Assembly (NCBI GenBank): GCA_051362555.1 | Contig: CM120642.1 | Span: 10,416,001 to 10,480,000, forward strand | DNA length: 64,000 bases | Origin: Lingula anatina | Lineage: Eukaryota; Animalia; Brachiopoda | Direction of reading: 5' to 3' | In this document: positions 25,601-40,309 of the stretch, piece by piece | How the letters are laid out: the number at the start of each line of letters is the position of its first letter | Position numbering within the stretch: position 1 is the first letter of the stretch | Position numbers and translations under genes: made by a program | Notes under the pieces: model-generated | What the model saw: only the letters and a program-made list of their open reading frames with translations | What the model was told of the DNA's origin: nothing | Databases searched by the model: none

Positions 25601-28600
25601 ACAGCCCCTTTAGGGTGGAGAGAAGCCTCATTGTCAAGGAATAAAAGTTTTTATGAGACTGTTGTGGGAGTTTATCGGCAAATGTGAAATGAAATGTGAG
25701 CATTAAGCGTGTTTTTATTATCTGTTTTTTACCCAATCCATCTGCCACGGATAAATGTCTCTAGAAAACACAATGAAAGACCCCTCTGGCAGTGCACAGA
25801 CAAAGGGGGCTGTCAAAGTAAAGAACTACTTAAATTTTATTCCATAATTGTAATAGATTTGCAATTATTTAAGGTCCACCTGTATTTTAATTTCTTCTCC
25901 AAAGCTCATCACTCACTCTTGGCACAGGTCACATAAAAAAAGAGATGAAAAAATTATTCAGTTCGCTTCCTCCTGTGCATCACAGAAAAAGAGGCGATGT
26001 TCTAGTGTCTCTTGCTTTCACCTCCCCGTTTCCCTTGTAACACAAGACTTGCCATCTCAGTGTGACAGGCAATGACAATGTTACATTGGATTATCTTAAC
26101 AGAAAAAAAGGCTGAACTTGTTTCCAGTACTTGAAACAACCTCCAGTCTCTTCATTAAGAATGATCCTGAATAAAGAGGTTCATTTCTATTAATGCAAAT
26201 ATACATAACTACCAATCACTCATGTACAATAGCCTTTTTCCATCTGAATGGACAGTCTAAATATAATTATTCTAAATAAAAATAAATCCATTACAAGCTT
26301 AAAAGCTTCTTGGATATATTGGAGGTTTCCATGTAGTATAGATGAAAAATTCATTCAACAAATAAAACTATTCCTTTTTCCCACAGCACTTTTCTTTAAA
26401 AAACAGCAATCAATTTTCTTCAACCAGAGTTGACAAATTGAAAAATATTTGAAAAATTAACAGCAAATAGGCCCACCCTGTAGGTCAATTGAAATATGCC
26501 ACCTTCTAATTGGAGCAGGTAGAGAAGAACAACCGCTGTTTTGTAACAACACCAAACAACAGTAAATAATGGAAATTCAACACTTAAAAAGCTTCATGCC
26601 TATAACCAGATTTATTGACCCAAACAAATATTTAACACAGTCTGTAGCAGAAACTTCATGCCTCTTACAAAAGCACATCTATTCTGTAACTAAATCAAGA
26701 ACAAGTATCTTGAACTTCTGTGTCATGTTTATCCCCTACCAGGGCCTGCACAGTTAGCATGTTATGAAAATAGTGGATTATTTCAGAAAAAGTGTATTTC
26801 AATTTCATGGCCACAGAAAATGGGAAATGTGTGGGGAAATTGAAAAAGGTCCAAAGGGTTCACCTCTGGCAGGTTTTTGCCAGGAGTTTTTGGACCAACT
26901 TTCACTAAAATTGCAATCAATGGAGAGGCAATGGGCTGTGAAAAGGTGTTTCTCTTGAATGCTGGGGTCATAACCAACAGACATCCACTGATCAAGTTTG
27001 CACAAATAGTCAAACATGCGCCCAACATGATGCCCTTATGATCCTAAAGCAGGCACTTGTTACTTTTCTTTAATATCAAGATAATGGTGGTATTTTAAGT
27101 AAAACATAATTTGCAATGAAGATTTTTAAACATGTAATATTTGCTTACGTATTTTTGGTTTAAAATAAATTGGAATAAAAAAACTCTCCAGACTTTAAAG
27201 TTGCAATCTTTCATCTCTTAACTATGAAAGAACTTCAACTGGTGCATAGCATAAAGATTTATGACTTTTCCCAATTTTTTAAATCCGCTTTACGCATGTG
27301 GTGAAAAATAAGCCAGATGGGACAATAAAACAGGAATCTTCAACTTGGGCATATCCAAACGTCTTATATACATAATCACCATCTCCTGCCCTAATTATTT
27401 AGATCAATTTGCTGACTCCATATATTCATGGGTGCATTTATTTCACATGCAGAAAAAAAACTAGTTTGGCATAAGTAAATCAGAGAGAAAAGGAGACGCA
27501 ATATTTGAGGTCAGTATCATATTGCAATCCGAATACAAGTGGAAAGATAAGATTTAATACTTAGCATGCCTTATATTACCATCTTGTCACATATCACAGA
27601 TAGCAAAAATGTCATTGCAACTGATAACTGCATCCTCAGCGAATAATAAATTACGAGATTAGTTTAAAATGATAAATGATTAGTTGGTTTAGCCCTCAAG
27701 ATGTGTGCCTGGGTGGTGGTGGTTGACTCAAAATAAAATATTTTATACTATATAAATATTTATATAAAAAAAAGATTTTCAAGGAAAAAAGTGATAACCA
27801 CCATAGTTGCTCAAAGACTTGTTTGCCTTAATCTGTTCATACATGGTTTTTAATGATATTTTTAAATCTATTAATATAATTTAAACAAATCAAGTACAAA
27901 TACTGATGATATGATTTTAAGAGAAACTTCAGTAAAAATCTGAACAGGTACAAATTTCCTGGAAAAATCACCAGGTAACATGCATAACTTATTGAAAAGG
28001 GGAAAAACATTACTATAAAATAAGTAAGTTTACATCATCTGTTCTCTTAGAGGTATAACTTACTGAGCACATTATTTGTAAATTATTCGGGGAAATATTG
28101 GACATGATACCATCAAATCACCTTGGGTCAAGTTTTTCCAGTTCACTAGTGCTATCAAGCACTTTCCACTTTGAGCATCCATTCTCCCCTGTGTGCTGCC
28201 CATCACATCTAATAACACTATCAAGTGTATCTTATCTAGTTAGCACCATCAAAACCATATCCTAGCCCTCCCAACACATCAGTGCTAAAAAAAAAACTAC
28301 TATCTTTTGATTAATAATGCTTTCTCATTTAATTGGTTTTAACTCCTAACTGCTCCACCCCCTGTGTTGCTAGCTGAGCATCCTTTTTGCATTTAGGTAA
28401 AATTACAGCAAACCCTGAGAGAAATGGAATTTTGCTCAATTGCACTGCCAGTGGAATTTCATTTCTTTCATAAATAAATAACACTTACAGTGCAGGGATA
28501 GGGCTCTGCTAATTTCAACCTATTGAAAAATCCATTTATCATTGCCTGATCATGGCATTTACCACTTGCCTCTGCCAGAGTCATAAAAACACCCCCCAAA

Positions 28601-31600
28601 AAATAGCACTGATCTAGCATATGTGATGTGATTAGAGATGAAGCATATATAACTTTGAAAAGTTAGAACCCAACTTAAGGGAAAAATACTTCTTATACAT
28701 ATAGGATTGGCACTAGCTTTGATATATGGCCAGGCATATGAATTTCTTCTGCCAAGGCGTTAGTTATCAAAGTAGGGGCTGCCTATCTTGGTAGTAAGGC
28801 CCCACACACAAGAAAATGATGGCCCTCCAGTTGAAAGATCTTATTCTGACACAAGTGATGAAGAGGTAACAACTGATAGAGAGAAATATACACACCGCAG
28901 GAATCTGCAATTAAATGGGCTCTTCTGCAACAGATACCTCTGACAAATATAAAAATTTATCATCCAGTTTTATTTGTTTTGCAAAGCACAAGATGTGACT
29001 ATTTAAAGGTTTTTGTCTCACCAGGGGGGCTTGAGGGAGAAAAATTAGATACATTTCCACCACCTTATAATCGTTATCTTCAAAACGAAGATAAATAAAT
29101 CAATAAAGGCACTTATCCTTGTCGCCAAATTAGTTCTTACACTTATTTCTGTGCTCAAGATAAAATAATCCAAATAGACTGTTCATGACTTAATATCTTT
29201 TGCAGGGTTGTATCAGCGGAAATGAAATGGACTTATAAATCCTAATGTTTCTATGAAATGTATTAGTTTTGACTCACTAAAAGCCCTTAATGGGATACAT
29301 TACAGAGGCAGAAAAAATCATCATGGATTTCACAAAACTTTTAGCACAACTGAGTCTAGAGTGTGGGCTTTTATGGCAATGTGCAGTAGTGTGGAAACAC
29401 AACAGACACTTTTTCCTTCTCATATTTTCTCCAGTGGGTTGAATTTACTGCTTTGGGTCGTAGAATGGGGTGAATGGGAAATGGAATAAATGAGTGATGA
29501 ATTTACAAGTGGCATATCTTTTTTCAAAATGGGTAAAGAAGTAAATGAAAGAACAGCAAAAAAAAGATGGTAGTTGAGTTACAATAATGTGCTCAAGTAG
29601 ATACTTTATTGTGAATTCGGTTCTCTCAAAACAGATGATTTTGTTTTTTCCTACCGGGAGCTTGAGGAAGGACCACTTTTCTCTAATTTTATGAAAAACT
29701 TGTTCTAGACCCTGATTTTGCCTTTACGCAGTATTTTCTTATATGTATATTTGGATTCTTCCCAAATTTACCGTACACTGCATCAAGAATTGGTTTTAAT
29801 AGATATATTTATGCATAACACCTACATAGATTAAATAAATATAAATTTTAAAACCATTTTTTCACTTTCATATTGAAAGAGTCAGTGATAAAACTGAGCT
29901 ATTTAAAGGCACAGAGGCTGAAACACACGTCACCACTCCATGAAAGATATTATTACAGGGCTTATATATTTTTTTCTTTTATGCTAAATGCCAATGTTAT
30001 GTTATCCAGGCACTTAAAACACTGCACCTACACACATTTTCTAGATAATTTTTTTGAATTTTCGACTACCCAACCAAAATTATTTTCCATCTCACGTGAT
30101 TTCAAATTCTGATGTATTTTTAATAGCAAATGAATTTATTAGGATAGGGATATTCAATATCTTTATGTTAGTGAAGCTGTTTTGTGGACAAAGACAATTA
30201 TATGTAATACCATATGCATTCAAAATTCAGTTCAAAATGCTTCACCACAGATTCTTAGTCTTATGTCTTTAAAATGTTTTAGGTATGACATATGTAAAGT
30301 AAATGTATATAATTGCATAATGGATTCTTTTTATCTAAATATTATGTATCTTGGCATTGTGCTTGCCCTTCCAAAAAATATTTCAGTCAACAATCATATA
30401 CCTTATCTATTACATATGCTGGAAAGGTTAATTTAACATAATTAAACAGGAACATAACATGCCTCAGCACAGTTGGATAAACACAAGGCAAGAATGTTTA
30501 CTTTCTCTTGGTTATACTGAACACATTTCCTGGTGATCCTTCTTAAAAAGCCACTTAACCATGGGGTGTTGATTAAGACCCAATTCACAGAAAATTTGGG
30601 TGTGTTAAGTGTCTGTGATTCCAACCTGCATTACAGCTTATTTACCCTCTAGCTACAGGTACAAACTTTGCATCATATCAGGGTTTTCCCCTCTGATTAC
30701 GGTAATTGCTCATAAAATTCAAATGGCTCTTATTTTCAATTTTACCAATTTTGATTACTCTTAACACCAGTTTCAGGCTTGATATCAATTCACCATTAAG
30801 AATATGCTAATCAAATCTATCAGGTATTATGAAGGAAAAACTTTTGGAATATAATTTATTTTTTTCGTTCAAACTTGAGAGTAATTACCAAAGGAAAACT
30901 ATCTTTTATCAACCCTTGTGGTGGGTATTTAAGAATCTCAAAAGTCAATCCAACATCAATTTACTACAAACACTAAATAGCAAATTATGGAGCTACCCTC
31001 TCTAAAAAAGTAACTTAACCAACAATGTTATAAATCCATAGTTATTTTAAGGATAATAAAAAATAATAGTTTATTGTTGGATCTAAATTTGGAAAGTATC
31101 CACATGAATACAATAAGATATGACATTGTTTTATCCAATACACTAATATCTGTGAACAGGGCCACATTTGTCAGACTCTCAGCTAGACATTCATGATTGT
31201 GATACTTGTGATATTTTGTGGGTAGAGTTACGAGTTAATTGTCATTATAGATATGTACAAACATAAATTGGGGGTAAACCAAGTCAAAAGAAATTTAGAA
31301 ATTGAACTAAAATTTCTAAATGTCTTGTAACTAATTCTTAATTCTCCTTAGTAGAACCATCTGGCAACTGTGGTGTTCCCAGATAAAATACTAGAGCAAT
31401 GTGACCAGAAGCATTAAGACAGAAAAGGGCAAAACAAAAAAATACCTGTCAGAGATTTCAGCTTGATAAAAATAGCAAATAACTCTTTTGATTTTTTGTT
31501 AGTTACATATTTCTATCATGATTTAAATGTTTGCTTTCATTTATCTTCAAAGGAATACTTTTAGTTGAAACTACTCAGAATCATTCAATACCGTTTATGA

Positions 31601-34600
31601 GTTCAACTGATCCAAACACAAGCATATACATAAACACTACAACGCAACTTACTGTAAAAAATACAATAGGGGTAGATATTATTTTTATGCTTTTTTATGA
31701 CAGTTTACTAACATAAGCTTTCCTTTTGGAAAGTTCAGGCCCAATATTATTTCTAATATTATTTTCCAGATTTTACTATTATTACAGAAGTTTCAGAGTT
31801 AATAATGTGGGAGTCTATGGAAAAGGGTTGTTTTCTACCTAAGCCTAAAAGGTTGATTCAAGCAGCTAAAGATATGGTTATGTGATCCCAGCACCTCCAC
31901 TGATTTCCAACTTTTCATCAGAGAGTTAACACTTCAATAAAAAATACTATAAACCAAAGTCAGTCTAAGGTTTCTTGTCAAAACTGCTCCTTAGTGTTTT
32001 AGGAAGCACTTTGGCCAAATTACGGGAGGGTCTCATACATTTCACACAGGTGGTGAGAGACCAGGCAGCTAATAAACCACCATAAGCTCAGTGTAATGTG
32101 GATCTTGACTGCGCAACCAGAGACGCCAGCAGAAGAAGAGACCATTTTTGTCTGTTTAATTTTCTTGAGGCACTGCTGTCGATAATTGGCCCTGATGATT
32201 GAAATTAGATGTTAAAATGAGAACGGGGTCTCCACCCTGCTGTACATTATTAATATATTTGCTGGAGTTTGAGTTTTATTTCAATTTTTATCTTATCTCA
32301 GTGAGGAACTAATCAACTCTTCATTACTCTATATATCAGCTGGTCAACTGGATTGCTGGCATTTAGATTTCAAAGCTCTCAGGGCAGGCGATTTAAGATA
32401 CAAATCATTTCAAAAACTTGCATATCATGGAGAATAATATTGCATTAAGTGTAGAAGTCACTGAACAAAAATAATTTAATTCTGCCATTTATTTATCCTA
32501 AAATCTATGGGAAGACCCATTGTCCCTTGGGCATCATCAGCTTTAATGGTCTCTATCAATCTTGCATTGGTGGTTACATGAAGAATGCATTTTAGGGTTC
32601 CATAAGCTATCCTGTGTTAACTACCAAAGCTCCCTAACTATGTTACATCATAAGATTGGACACAACTTATATTTGTGATACATATCCCTTTTTTTGAACT
32701 GCTTCGCAGGTGGAGGGTGATCCAAACATAATTACAAGACAGACTGAACAAACAGATCCCACCAATTCAAGAATTTAACAGAAGGAAATGAAACATACCA
32801 CATAAATGTAACTAAATAAAACAAACACGGGTTTTCAATTATCTAGCTCAATCCATGTAATTTTTAGATCTTAGTTATCCCATATCCACCTGTCAGACTC
32901 TTCTACTATGGACCACCTATGTTTTTCCTCGCGTCTTTCTCTCGTTAAACTAATCCTTCATATCCTAACTACTCTACCAGCAACTGCGATTAAGATAGAG
33001 TTGACTAATCATATGTAATCCTAGCTTTATTTAGCATTTTGCTGAGTGGATTTGTCCAGCTTGTGGACTTGCCATGCTGGATTCCTGTAGAAATTGAAAC
33101 ATGTTCCCTGATCAGACAGACACAGTGCACAGGGTATAAAGATAACAAGAGCTCAGACATTGCTGTTGTAATTATTATCTACACAGAGCTTCACATATTT
33201 ACAGATGAAGAGATATGGGCAGAAAGCTGAGCAAGTGGCAGGTGTAGGAAGAATAATAAACAAACACATTTCCTCTTCTGTGGATCTTCTAGATTGAAAA
33301 ATATTTTTTAAATAATTTGCCAAATACAAGTTAACAGCAAATGACCTATAAATGCACTTTCCTCGGTACATACCGGTATACTTTATTAGGTAGATACCAA
33401 TCCCTGACTTTATTATATCAATTATCGTTAATATAACCAGATATATATTTGGAGTAATAGGGCTACCAGGTACAGTAAGCACTGTGTTCAATTCCAACAT
33501 AAAGCACACATGGACCTACTCTGCTGCATAAATACCATCCTTCAGTTTGCTGCTCTTACTACATAAATATATACCTGTTATCAATAAATCTGTGTGACAA
33601 TAATCAGCTTCTAATAAGTTATATCTGAAGAAGTAGTATGCATATACAAATAAAGAAAACTTAAGAAATCAGAAGTTACCATTTCCTACGATTCTCTTTT
33701 CAAGTTAAAATACTGCTCTTTGCCAGACGTTTTTTTTTTTTTTTTTCGTGCCCTTTTCTCACCAGTATTTCTCTCTTCCATGTGGGCACATAGGTGTAAA
33801 TATCATTCCAATTAATCACGACAAACAGCAAAATACACACCTAAAACTCTGTACAAAGAGGTCATCTCCATGCTCATGTGGCCTTTCCAAAATAAAGTGC
33901 TTTCCTGATGTAAAAGAAATGAACCGCAGAAAAGAGGCCTATTTAAGTGAATCCCCATCTTATGCTTTCCTCATTACAAAAGAAAAAGCTCATTTCATGC
34001 TAATGGAACCAGATTTCTGCATGGTGTTTTTATATATCTAACATTTACACTCTGTTTTATTGCTGCAATTTCTTTTCTTGTTTATTTGTCAGTACTCAGG
34101 GATTCAGAAGTTTGGGCACAAGAAAAGAATGCCAAAAACTGAAAACATTTAACCGACTGGACAAAAAAAAAGAAAATTAGGCTTGCTTTTGTGGTCTAAA
34201 TAAAAATTACCTTGACTGGCATGGATGTATTTACTGTTTAGAATTTATGCCCTCAACTGTTAAATACATATTACTAGAAGTCAAAATTAATTATCCATTT
34301 GGATTACATCATCTTATAATCTTTTCATCTGTAATCTAATCAAATATTTGTTTAAAACTCCATTTGCAACACAAATCAGCACAAAATCATTGCTAGAAAG
34401 AAGAACATGTGTCTAAACAGTAATGTGAGTGTTAAATCCCATTTCACACCATTCCACGCAACTGCACACCACATGCAACCGATTTCTTATCAGATAACAA
34501 GCAAAAGTACCACATTTTTGGCACTCTGTGTAATAGCAATTAGGTGGGACTTAAAACATACCAAGAAACCAAGCAAAAATACTTCAAAAAAGAGCAAGTC

Positions 34601-37600
34601 AAAATGCATTATCCATAACTCGCTCTGATGAATAGATGCCCAATAGCTGAATGTAAAAAAAGTAAGAATGAGCAAGTCTGTGTTGTCCCACTACCTGTTG
34701 CAAAGTTAGGGAGATAAAAAGTATGCTCTAAGTCCTATTTAATGAGGATAACAGGCCAATCTGATTGCTGAAAAAAATGTAACTTATATTAAGTGATTGG
34801 AACAAGATGATATTAGCTTTTGCTTATTTCACCAGTTATCTTCATTAATATTCTTTTTTTCCATGCATGATTTTGAAATTCTTTTAATTCTTTTTTAACT
34901 CTTCATGGACAAACTTATTTCATATATATGATACTATAATCACAACAATAATGCACATCAATAACTGTGTATGTCAGTTAAATTCATGCAAGTGAGAATT
35001 TTGATTTATTTTGACTATCGTAACCATTGGCTGTTCTAACCCATACTCATTTTTTTCAGTAAATCAGAATCAAATATGAAGAGTGGATGAATCATTATCT
35101 GCAAACCACTGAGTACAGAACTACAAATTACAAACAAAACAATAGCATGCTGCATATTCAAATCAGCCATCTGTCAGCCTCTCCACAAATACCCATAAAA
35201 TAGGCGCCCATTGTTTCAGATATGTCAGTCTGTAAAATCCTCTCCAAAAATTCAAACCCAAAGCTATAAATGCAGTTTTAATTGTCATTTAAAACATACA
35301 TGTACATCTATGAACTTAGATCACTTGGAGGCATGATGAATTACTTATTTTAACCTCTTACAATGTAAATGCAGGTAATAATATGAATTATAAATCAAAT
35401 TGATAGGCTGTAATTAGGCTCAGGTGAGTGGACGAACAAGTGGAGCTTAGTGAGGAAACCAGGTGTTCAAGTCTGAACTGACTTATTACTGTTACAGTTA
35501 CATTCTCAGATCTACAATGATGTAGTCAGGCGTGTTCAAGTCCAAAAATGATTTATAATTTGTATTGCATTAAAATTACATAACTATCAATTGCTTTCAA
35601 TAGCCTCAGTTTATGTGATTATATGTAACCCCAGAATAATTTAACTTGACTTGAAGAGGTCTTTGGGAAATGGAATTAATTAAAATGCACTTATGAAAGA
35701 ATTTAGAAAATCATAAACCACTGAGGTACAATTTAATTTTTGGGTTAAAATATCAGATTGAAAAGATTTCAATACATTTTCTTTATTTTCTTAAATATAG
35801 GAGCCTGATCAAAATACAAAAAGATATTTTGCTATTATACTGTATAATTTTTATCAACTTCAAAGAAAATGTTGTATGTAGTATAACATTGATGATAAAA
35901 CTAGTGGTTCAATTCAAGATATTCTGTTTGATAAGCTGGCTGTCTGCATCATACTGCTCCATTGTTTGAAGATTCCATAGAAACTTATTGATAAGAATCT
36001 GTAACATTTTCTCTAAAAAGTTTTAACTTTAACTGGCCCTATATACATAGAATACTAGTAGAACAACTTGTAGAGTCAAGTGTGGCTATGCCTTCTACTA
36101 CTGTATTTCCCATTAGAATAAAAAATCACCATTACTCTAAGGACTTAATGGATCAATTCGGACCCTTTATGAAAAAACAACTTCCTTTCTATTCCAGATT
36201 AAAAAATGATTGTGATTAATCAATTAATAATCCCTCAAAATCAAAACAAATAATCAGAAAGGCGTTGATGAAGCGTGAGCAGTGGCATCCTCTTCTTATT
36301 AATCATGCTTTTAATTGGCAGTATTAACTGCAAAGAATGATCTGCCATTTGTCAGTTATATCAGTGGCTTGAAGTATTACCCAGAGCCCTCAGGGAAATA
36401 TGCTTTAAGCACCGGCTTATCAACAACAGTTGCAAAAACACACAGCAATAAAAACAAAGAAATGATGCATTGCTGTCTCTCATCCTAGGGAGAGTGGATG
36501 GAGATTTAAATGAAATGGGTTGTGGTCAATGGAAAAGTGCTTGATAGTTTATGAAGTTTCACAGCATGGTTTTGTGGTTATTCCTTTAAAAAACATTTGA
36601 TGATGCAACAAACATTAATTTTTAAAATTTTCCTCAGAAGCATTTCTTTCAAAGTTGGCATTTTTTATTGTAAAATACAATTATGGTAAAATAATTTCTA
36701 CTATATAAAATTAAAATGCAAGTACTTTCTTAGTTTTCCTTTTTTCAAAAATGAACGTTCTCTCCCCAGTACATTTGTCACCTGCTGTGTCATACTCCTA
36801 AAGGATTCTTAAAGTAAACTGTTTTTGCCATTTGAGAAATCAAAGTCTGACAAATAATGAAATACAGAAAATCAGTTCCTAGGATAAACAAGACCACCTT
36901 ATCTCCAGTGTAAACTGGTGCAATTCAAAACTAACTCTGTCACTCCAGTATTTGGGCTAATCCAACAAGAAGCACCATGTTTAGAAAAGATGACAAGATA
37001 GTAACAACTGAACAAAAGTGCATTTTCCATGAGAATTATTCCCTTGTCTGCGTATTTAATTTACCCAGAGATGATAAATCTTATCATTACTAAAATAATC
37101 ATTTTACAAATGGAGAGGATTTCATTTCTTTCAGGTCTATTTTCCACTTGACTGACACTTTCCATTTCAAAAAGCCATTATTTGCAGTCATTAAAGCTTA
37201 TCGAATGAGTCCCCTAAAGACAACAATCGCCCATAATTAATAAAACCATTACAAACAAAACACAACCTTTTCATTCACATTTGTTTGATGTGCAGTCACT
37301 GAAGATGTGGAAACAACAAAACTTGGGGATCAAATAGCTTAGGAAAGGGAATTTTTTTTTTTTTTTTTTTTTTTTTTGGATGCATTATTTTATGTACAGA
37401 AAAAAAAACAGTATCAATTATTTAATTTTTTTTAATTAAAAAATTAAAACTAAAATACACTTCTTATGAGAAGCACACTTCTTACAGACAATGGACTCTG
37501 AAAAAGTATACTAGCTTCAAAAACAAAAAAAAATGAATCATGCCTGAGAGCGCTAAATGTGCTTATAACTGATAGCATTCAGAAGCAAAATGAGTAACTA

Positions 37601-40235
37601 TCACCAGCAATTGCATTATTTCTCAGTCTTTATGCCTTATTCATTTATTATCCATATTCTGTATATGTATATATGTAAAATAGGTTCGTTAGAGAACCTG
37701 TAAAATGAATCTGTAAACATTTTAGTGCTCCATAAAAAAGTAAACTAAGATATTATTTTTGCTCAAATATGAAATGTTGAAATACAACTTGTCTCCAGTG
37801 TATGGTCTGAAGACACCTTAACATATACGTAGCAATCAACCTCAGATATCATGCTGATCTGAGTCCTGCCCCAATGCCTGGCCTTATGCACCCTCTATTT
37901 ACCAAACAGCCTATTTGACTCCTTGTTCAACCCTAAATCTATAAGTTTACCTGCTGTAAGGGTCACTCTAATCTGTGAAGTCCTAGCTCAACTGTCAGTT
38001 AAATAGCTGGTTCAAATTAAAACAGGCTTTACAAAGACTTTCTTCGTGTTCTTTTGGCAAGTTTTAAAAAGTGAATAACACTAAAACTATCAGTAACTGT
38101 TTAAAGAGCAGCGGCTGCTAAAATACAAGTGCATGACTGACTAATGTGGCTTCATGCTAAATGTCTTTCTACTTGCAAATAAATAAAAAAAAGACAGTGC
38201 AATATCAAATTATTTCTAAAGAATTTAACTCAGTTTATCTTTCATATACGAAAGTTATTTCTTTACCATAAGTCAAATAATTCAAACTGAGTATGAATCA
38301 CGCACCTGCAGCGTAAGGCAGACCAAAAATTTATCCCTTTTCTCTCAGCCACAAAAACAATAAATTTCAAATGTGTTACTTTTTATTTGAGGTTTCTTTT
38401 TGTTCATGAGGAGGAAAAAGACAATAAAAGTTGACAGTTGTATTTCTGAACATCTTCAAAATGAATGGTTTTGATGAAAATAAAACCTAGGCAGCTCATA
38501 AAACCTGACACATGACGCAGTACTGTTAAGTTTTTATGAGCGAAAGTGACAAATAAAAGTAGACTTGCTAGCTGGAGATCAGATAACTTTGAGGAAACTA
38601 TTTTTTCTCCTATTCAATTACAAGAAATTGGAATGGTTAAGTGTGAAAAAGGCTGCAAATTAAGGCAACCCTGAAATAAACCTTTAAACTTGAGTTATAA
38701 AAACAAATTTGCAATGTTTATCAACCAGCATACAAAAAAAATGGCACTTAAAAAAAGTTGAAAACCTCCAAACCAAATAATAGCCGGTTATTTAAAATTC
38801 TATGGCATTACATAATGGAAATGTCACATTATTATTCTAACATAATTATAACATCTGATCTTGACAATATAATTGAGGCAATAATTCTACTTTTTCTTTT
38901 AGCAACATTTTTATTGCACTTGTGCAGCTGCTGTCATCTCTGAGGAATACAAACATTCAGTAGTCCTCAAACAGAGAGAAAAAAAAACAATTTAAAGCAC
39001 AGCAATAATCCAGTCACACAAAGGCTCAACTTAATCCTTTTTGTTTAAAGATTTCAACATGAGTGACACTGTTCTAGAAATTGATTCTTTTCAACCACAG
39101 CCAAAGCATTCAGAGCCGCATCTGTACTTACTGCTCATTTGCCTTTTGGGATACCTTTTGAAGTTTTCCCAATTTTGACATTTCATTTGTGAACATATTG
39201 TTTATTTCCCCCGACTTGGAAAATAGCAATTGTAATCTAAGAAACACAAGTGTCACTTTGTTGATAAAACCAATACATTGTTTTAGTTCCAAATGCATTA
39301 ATTGAAGCTCAAATACCAAGTAATTCTGCGATTGAAAGTGGGTGGGCAGGATTGGTGTTGCAAATATTTTTAAGAATTTGATACATTTAGTTACAGAAGT
39401 ATAAATGCTTGCACCACCCAAGTGGAACATATCCGACTGTTTGTTAAATTTTCCGTTCGACCACATACTTTGTAGCGTAAAAACTCACGTGTTTAGACCT
39501 CACGCTGTAACACAACTAACGGAAAGAAACAATTTACCAGCATGTCAAACGAATTAAAGTTACTTACATTATCTCGACCAAGACACAGGTATCGTTAAAA
39601 TAGTAACTTTATTACCACTCACGCTTATCGCAAAACACACAAAACGAAACGTAAATCACGAAAAGTCATGAAATACAAACGGGAAATATATCTTGAACTG
39701 TAACAATTTCTACATACGTAAACCATTCTTTAAGTGCAAACGTTTAATGGAATAATTACCTTGAATTTGTACAGTCTTCATACAAAACATCAAACTCTTT
39801 AGGGGCGATAAGTTTACAGCGGTTGACTCCTGGTTGAATAGCCCCCAGTCCTCGAAGAATACGGACCTGCTCGACATTGCATACGACGGGCGTGATTTCC
39901 AGTCTCTTCAGTTTGGTATAAACGGTGTGCAGCCCGCCGACAAGGTGTTTTAGGAACAAATCGAAAGCTTGGGGGAGACAAATGAGTTCCCGACCATCCA
40001 CGTTGAAGGCGGCGACTTTGGCCCCTCGGTATTCGATCATCTTGCAGATATTGTTTTCGGGTTTGTTACTTGCGGTTGGGGGTGGGGTCCGCGGACTGGA
40101 ATACAACGGGCCCGTGGGTCTCTCCAGCTTGTACAGGAGAGTGTTCGATGTCGGTGGTAGCCCTGGGGTGACTTGGGCCGGTGGTGAGGCACGGGCGGGC
40201 AAAGGCTGTACGACTTCAGATGCGCTCTCCATCAT
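13542..40235 (-). CDS. dac: Dachshund (DACH family transcriptional co-regulator), 10 coding exons, 568 aa
   Basis: Exons (-): 40235-39760, 18667-18531, 18296-18104, 17851-17751, 17310-17170, 16822-16616, 14952-14869, 14696-14538, 14119-14030, 13660-13542. All introns are GT-AG, total 1707 nt in frame. DD1/Ski-Sno box: CKMIEYRGAKVAAF...CLPQAFDLFLKHLVGGLHTVYTKLKRL...QPGVNRCKL...DCTNSSARPGRPPKR. DD2 coiled coil: SSIESLLVNIQGLLKVAVENA...LKMEVMRERELRETLEKQL...LQKKLKREKKVRRRLQ. The ORF-track start at 40286 is a TTG; the first in-frame ATG is 40235. Confidence 0.97.
13807..13846. repeat. (AC)20 microsatellite in the last dachshund intron
   Basis: Direct reading. Confidence 0.95.
16297..16451. mobile_element. 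Non-autonomous DNA transposon (MITE) with CAGG...CCTG termini
   Basis: Left end caggccaacagcc; right end reverse-complements to caggcctgtagcc. Internal G-run and C-run arms. Flanks caaat / caaac suggest a 5-bp TSD with one mismatch. Confidence 0.6.
21009..21097 (-). mobile_element. Degenerate SINE remnant
   Basis: ttaattgctgagctcaagtggagatggtactac...atttt...atgatagggatggcacctgcaac resembles, from memory, the reverse complement of tRNA-derived invertebrate SINE head and core regions. Highly decayed. Confidence 0.3.
30679..30900. mobile_element. Decayed MITE-like element
   Basis: Left cagggttttcccctctgattacggtaattgctc versus right end gagagtaattaccaaaggaaaact (reverse complement agttttcctttggtaattactctc). 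Imperfect terminal inverted repeats. Confidence 0.3.
39760..40235 (-). CDS. dac: Dachshund coding exon 1 (DD1 / Ski-Sno-Dac domain)
   Basis: MMESASEVVQP...DCTNS. Donor ag|gtaatt at 39759 (phase 2) joins acceptor tag|t at 18667. Confidence 0.97.
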
Positions 40236-40309
40236 TCTCGCTTCTCTAAAGTCATCCAAATGATCAGACACTGCATGTTGCTCCAAAATAAACAGCTGTC
40301 ATTATACAT
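40232..40309 (-). promoter_or_regulatory. Upstream ORF (25 aa) whose TGA overlaps the dachshund ATG-ATG start
   Basis: atg tat aat gac agc tgt tta ttt tgg agc aac atg cag tgt ctg atc att tgg atg act tta gag aag cga gaa TGA. The stop (40234-40232) lies inside gaATGATG. A second uORF runs 40302-40264. Confidence 0.5.

Noticed and set aside
19000-39500. Many 60-120 aa ORFs in dachshund intron 1
   Set aside because: AT-rich random-like composition, often GTG/TTG starts, no domains or consistent splice phases.
39925-40263. Plus-strand ORFs over dachshund exon 1
   Set aside because: Antisense shadows of a GC-rich coding exon, with no independent signals.
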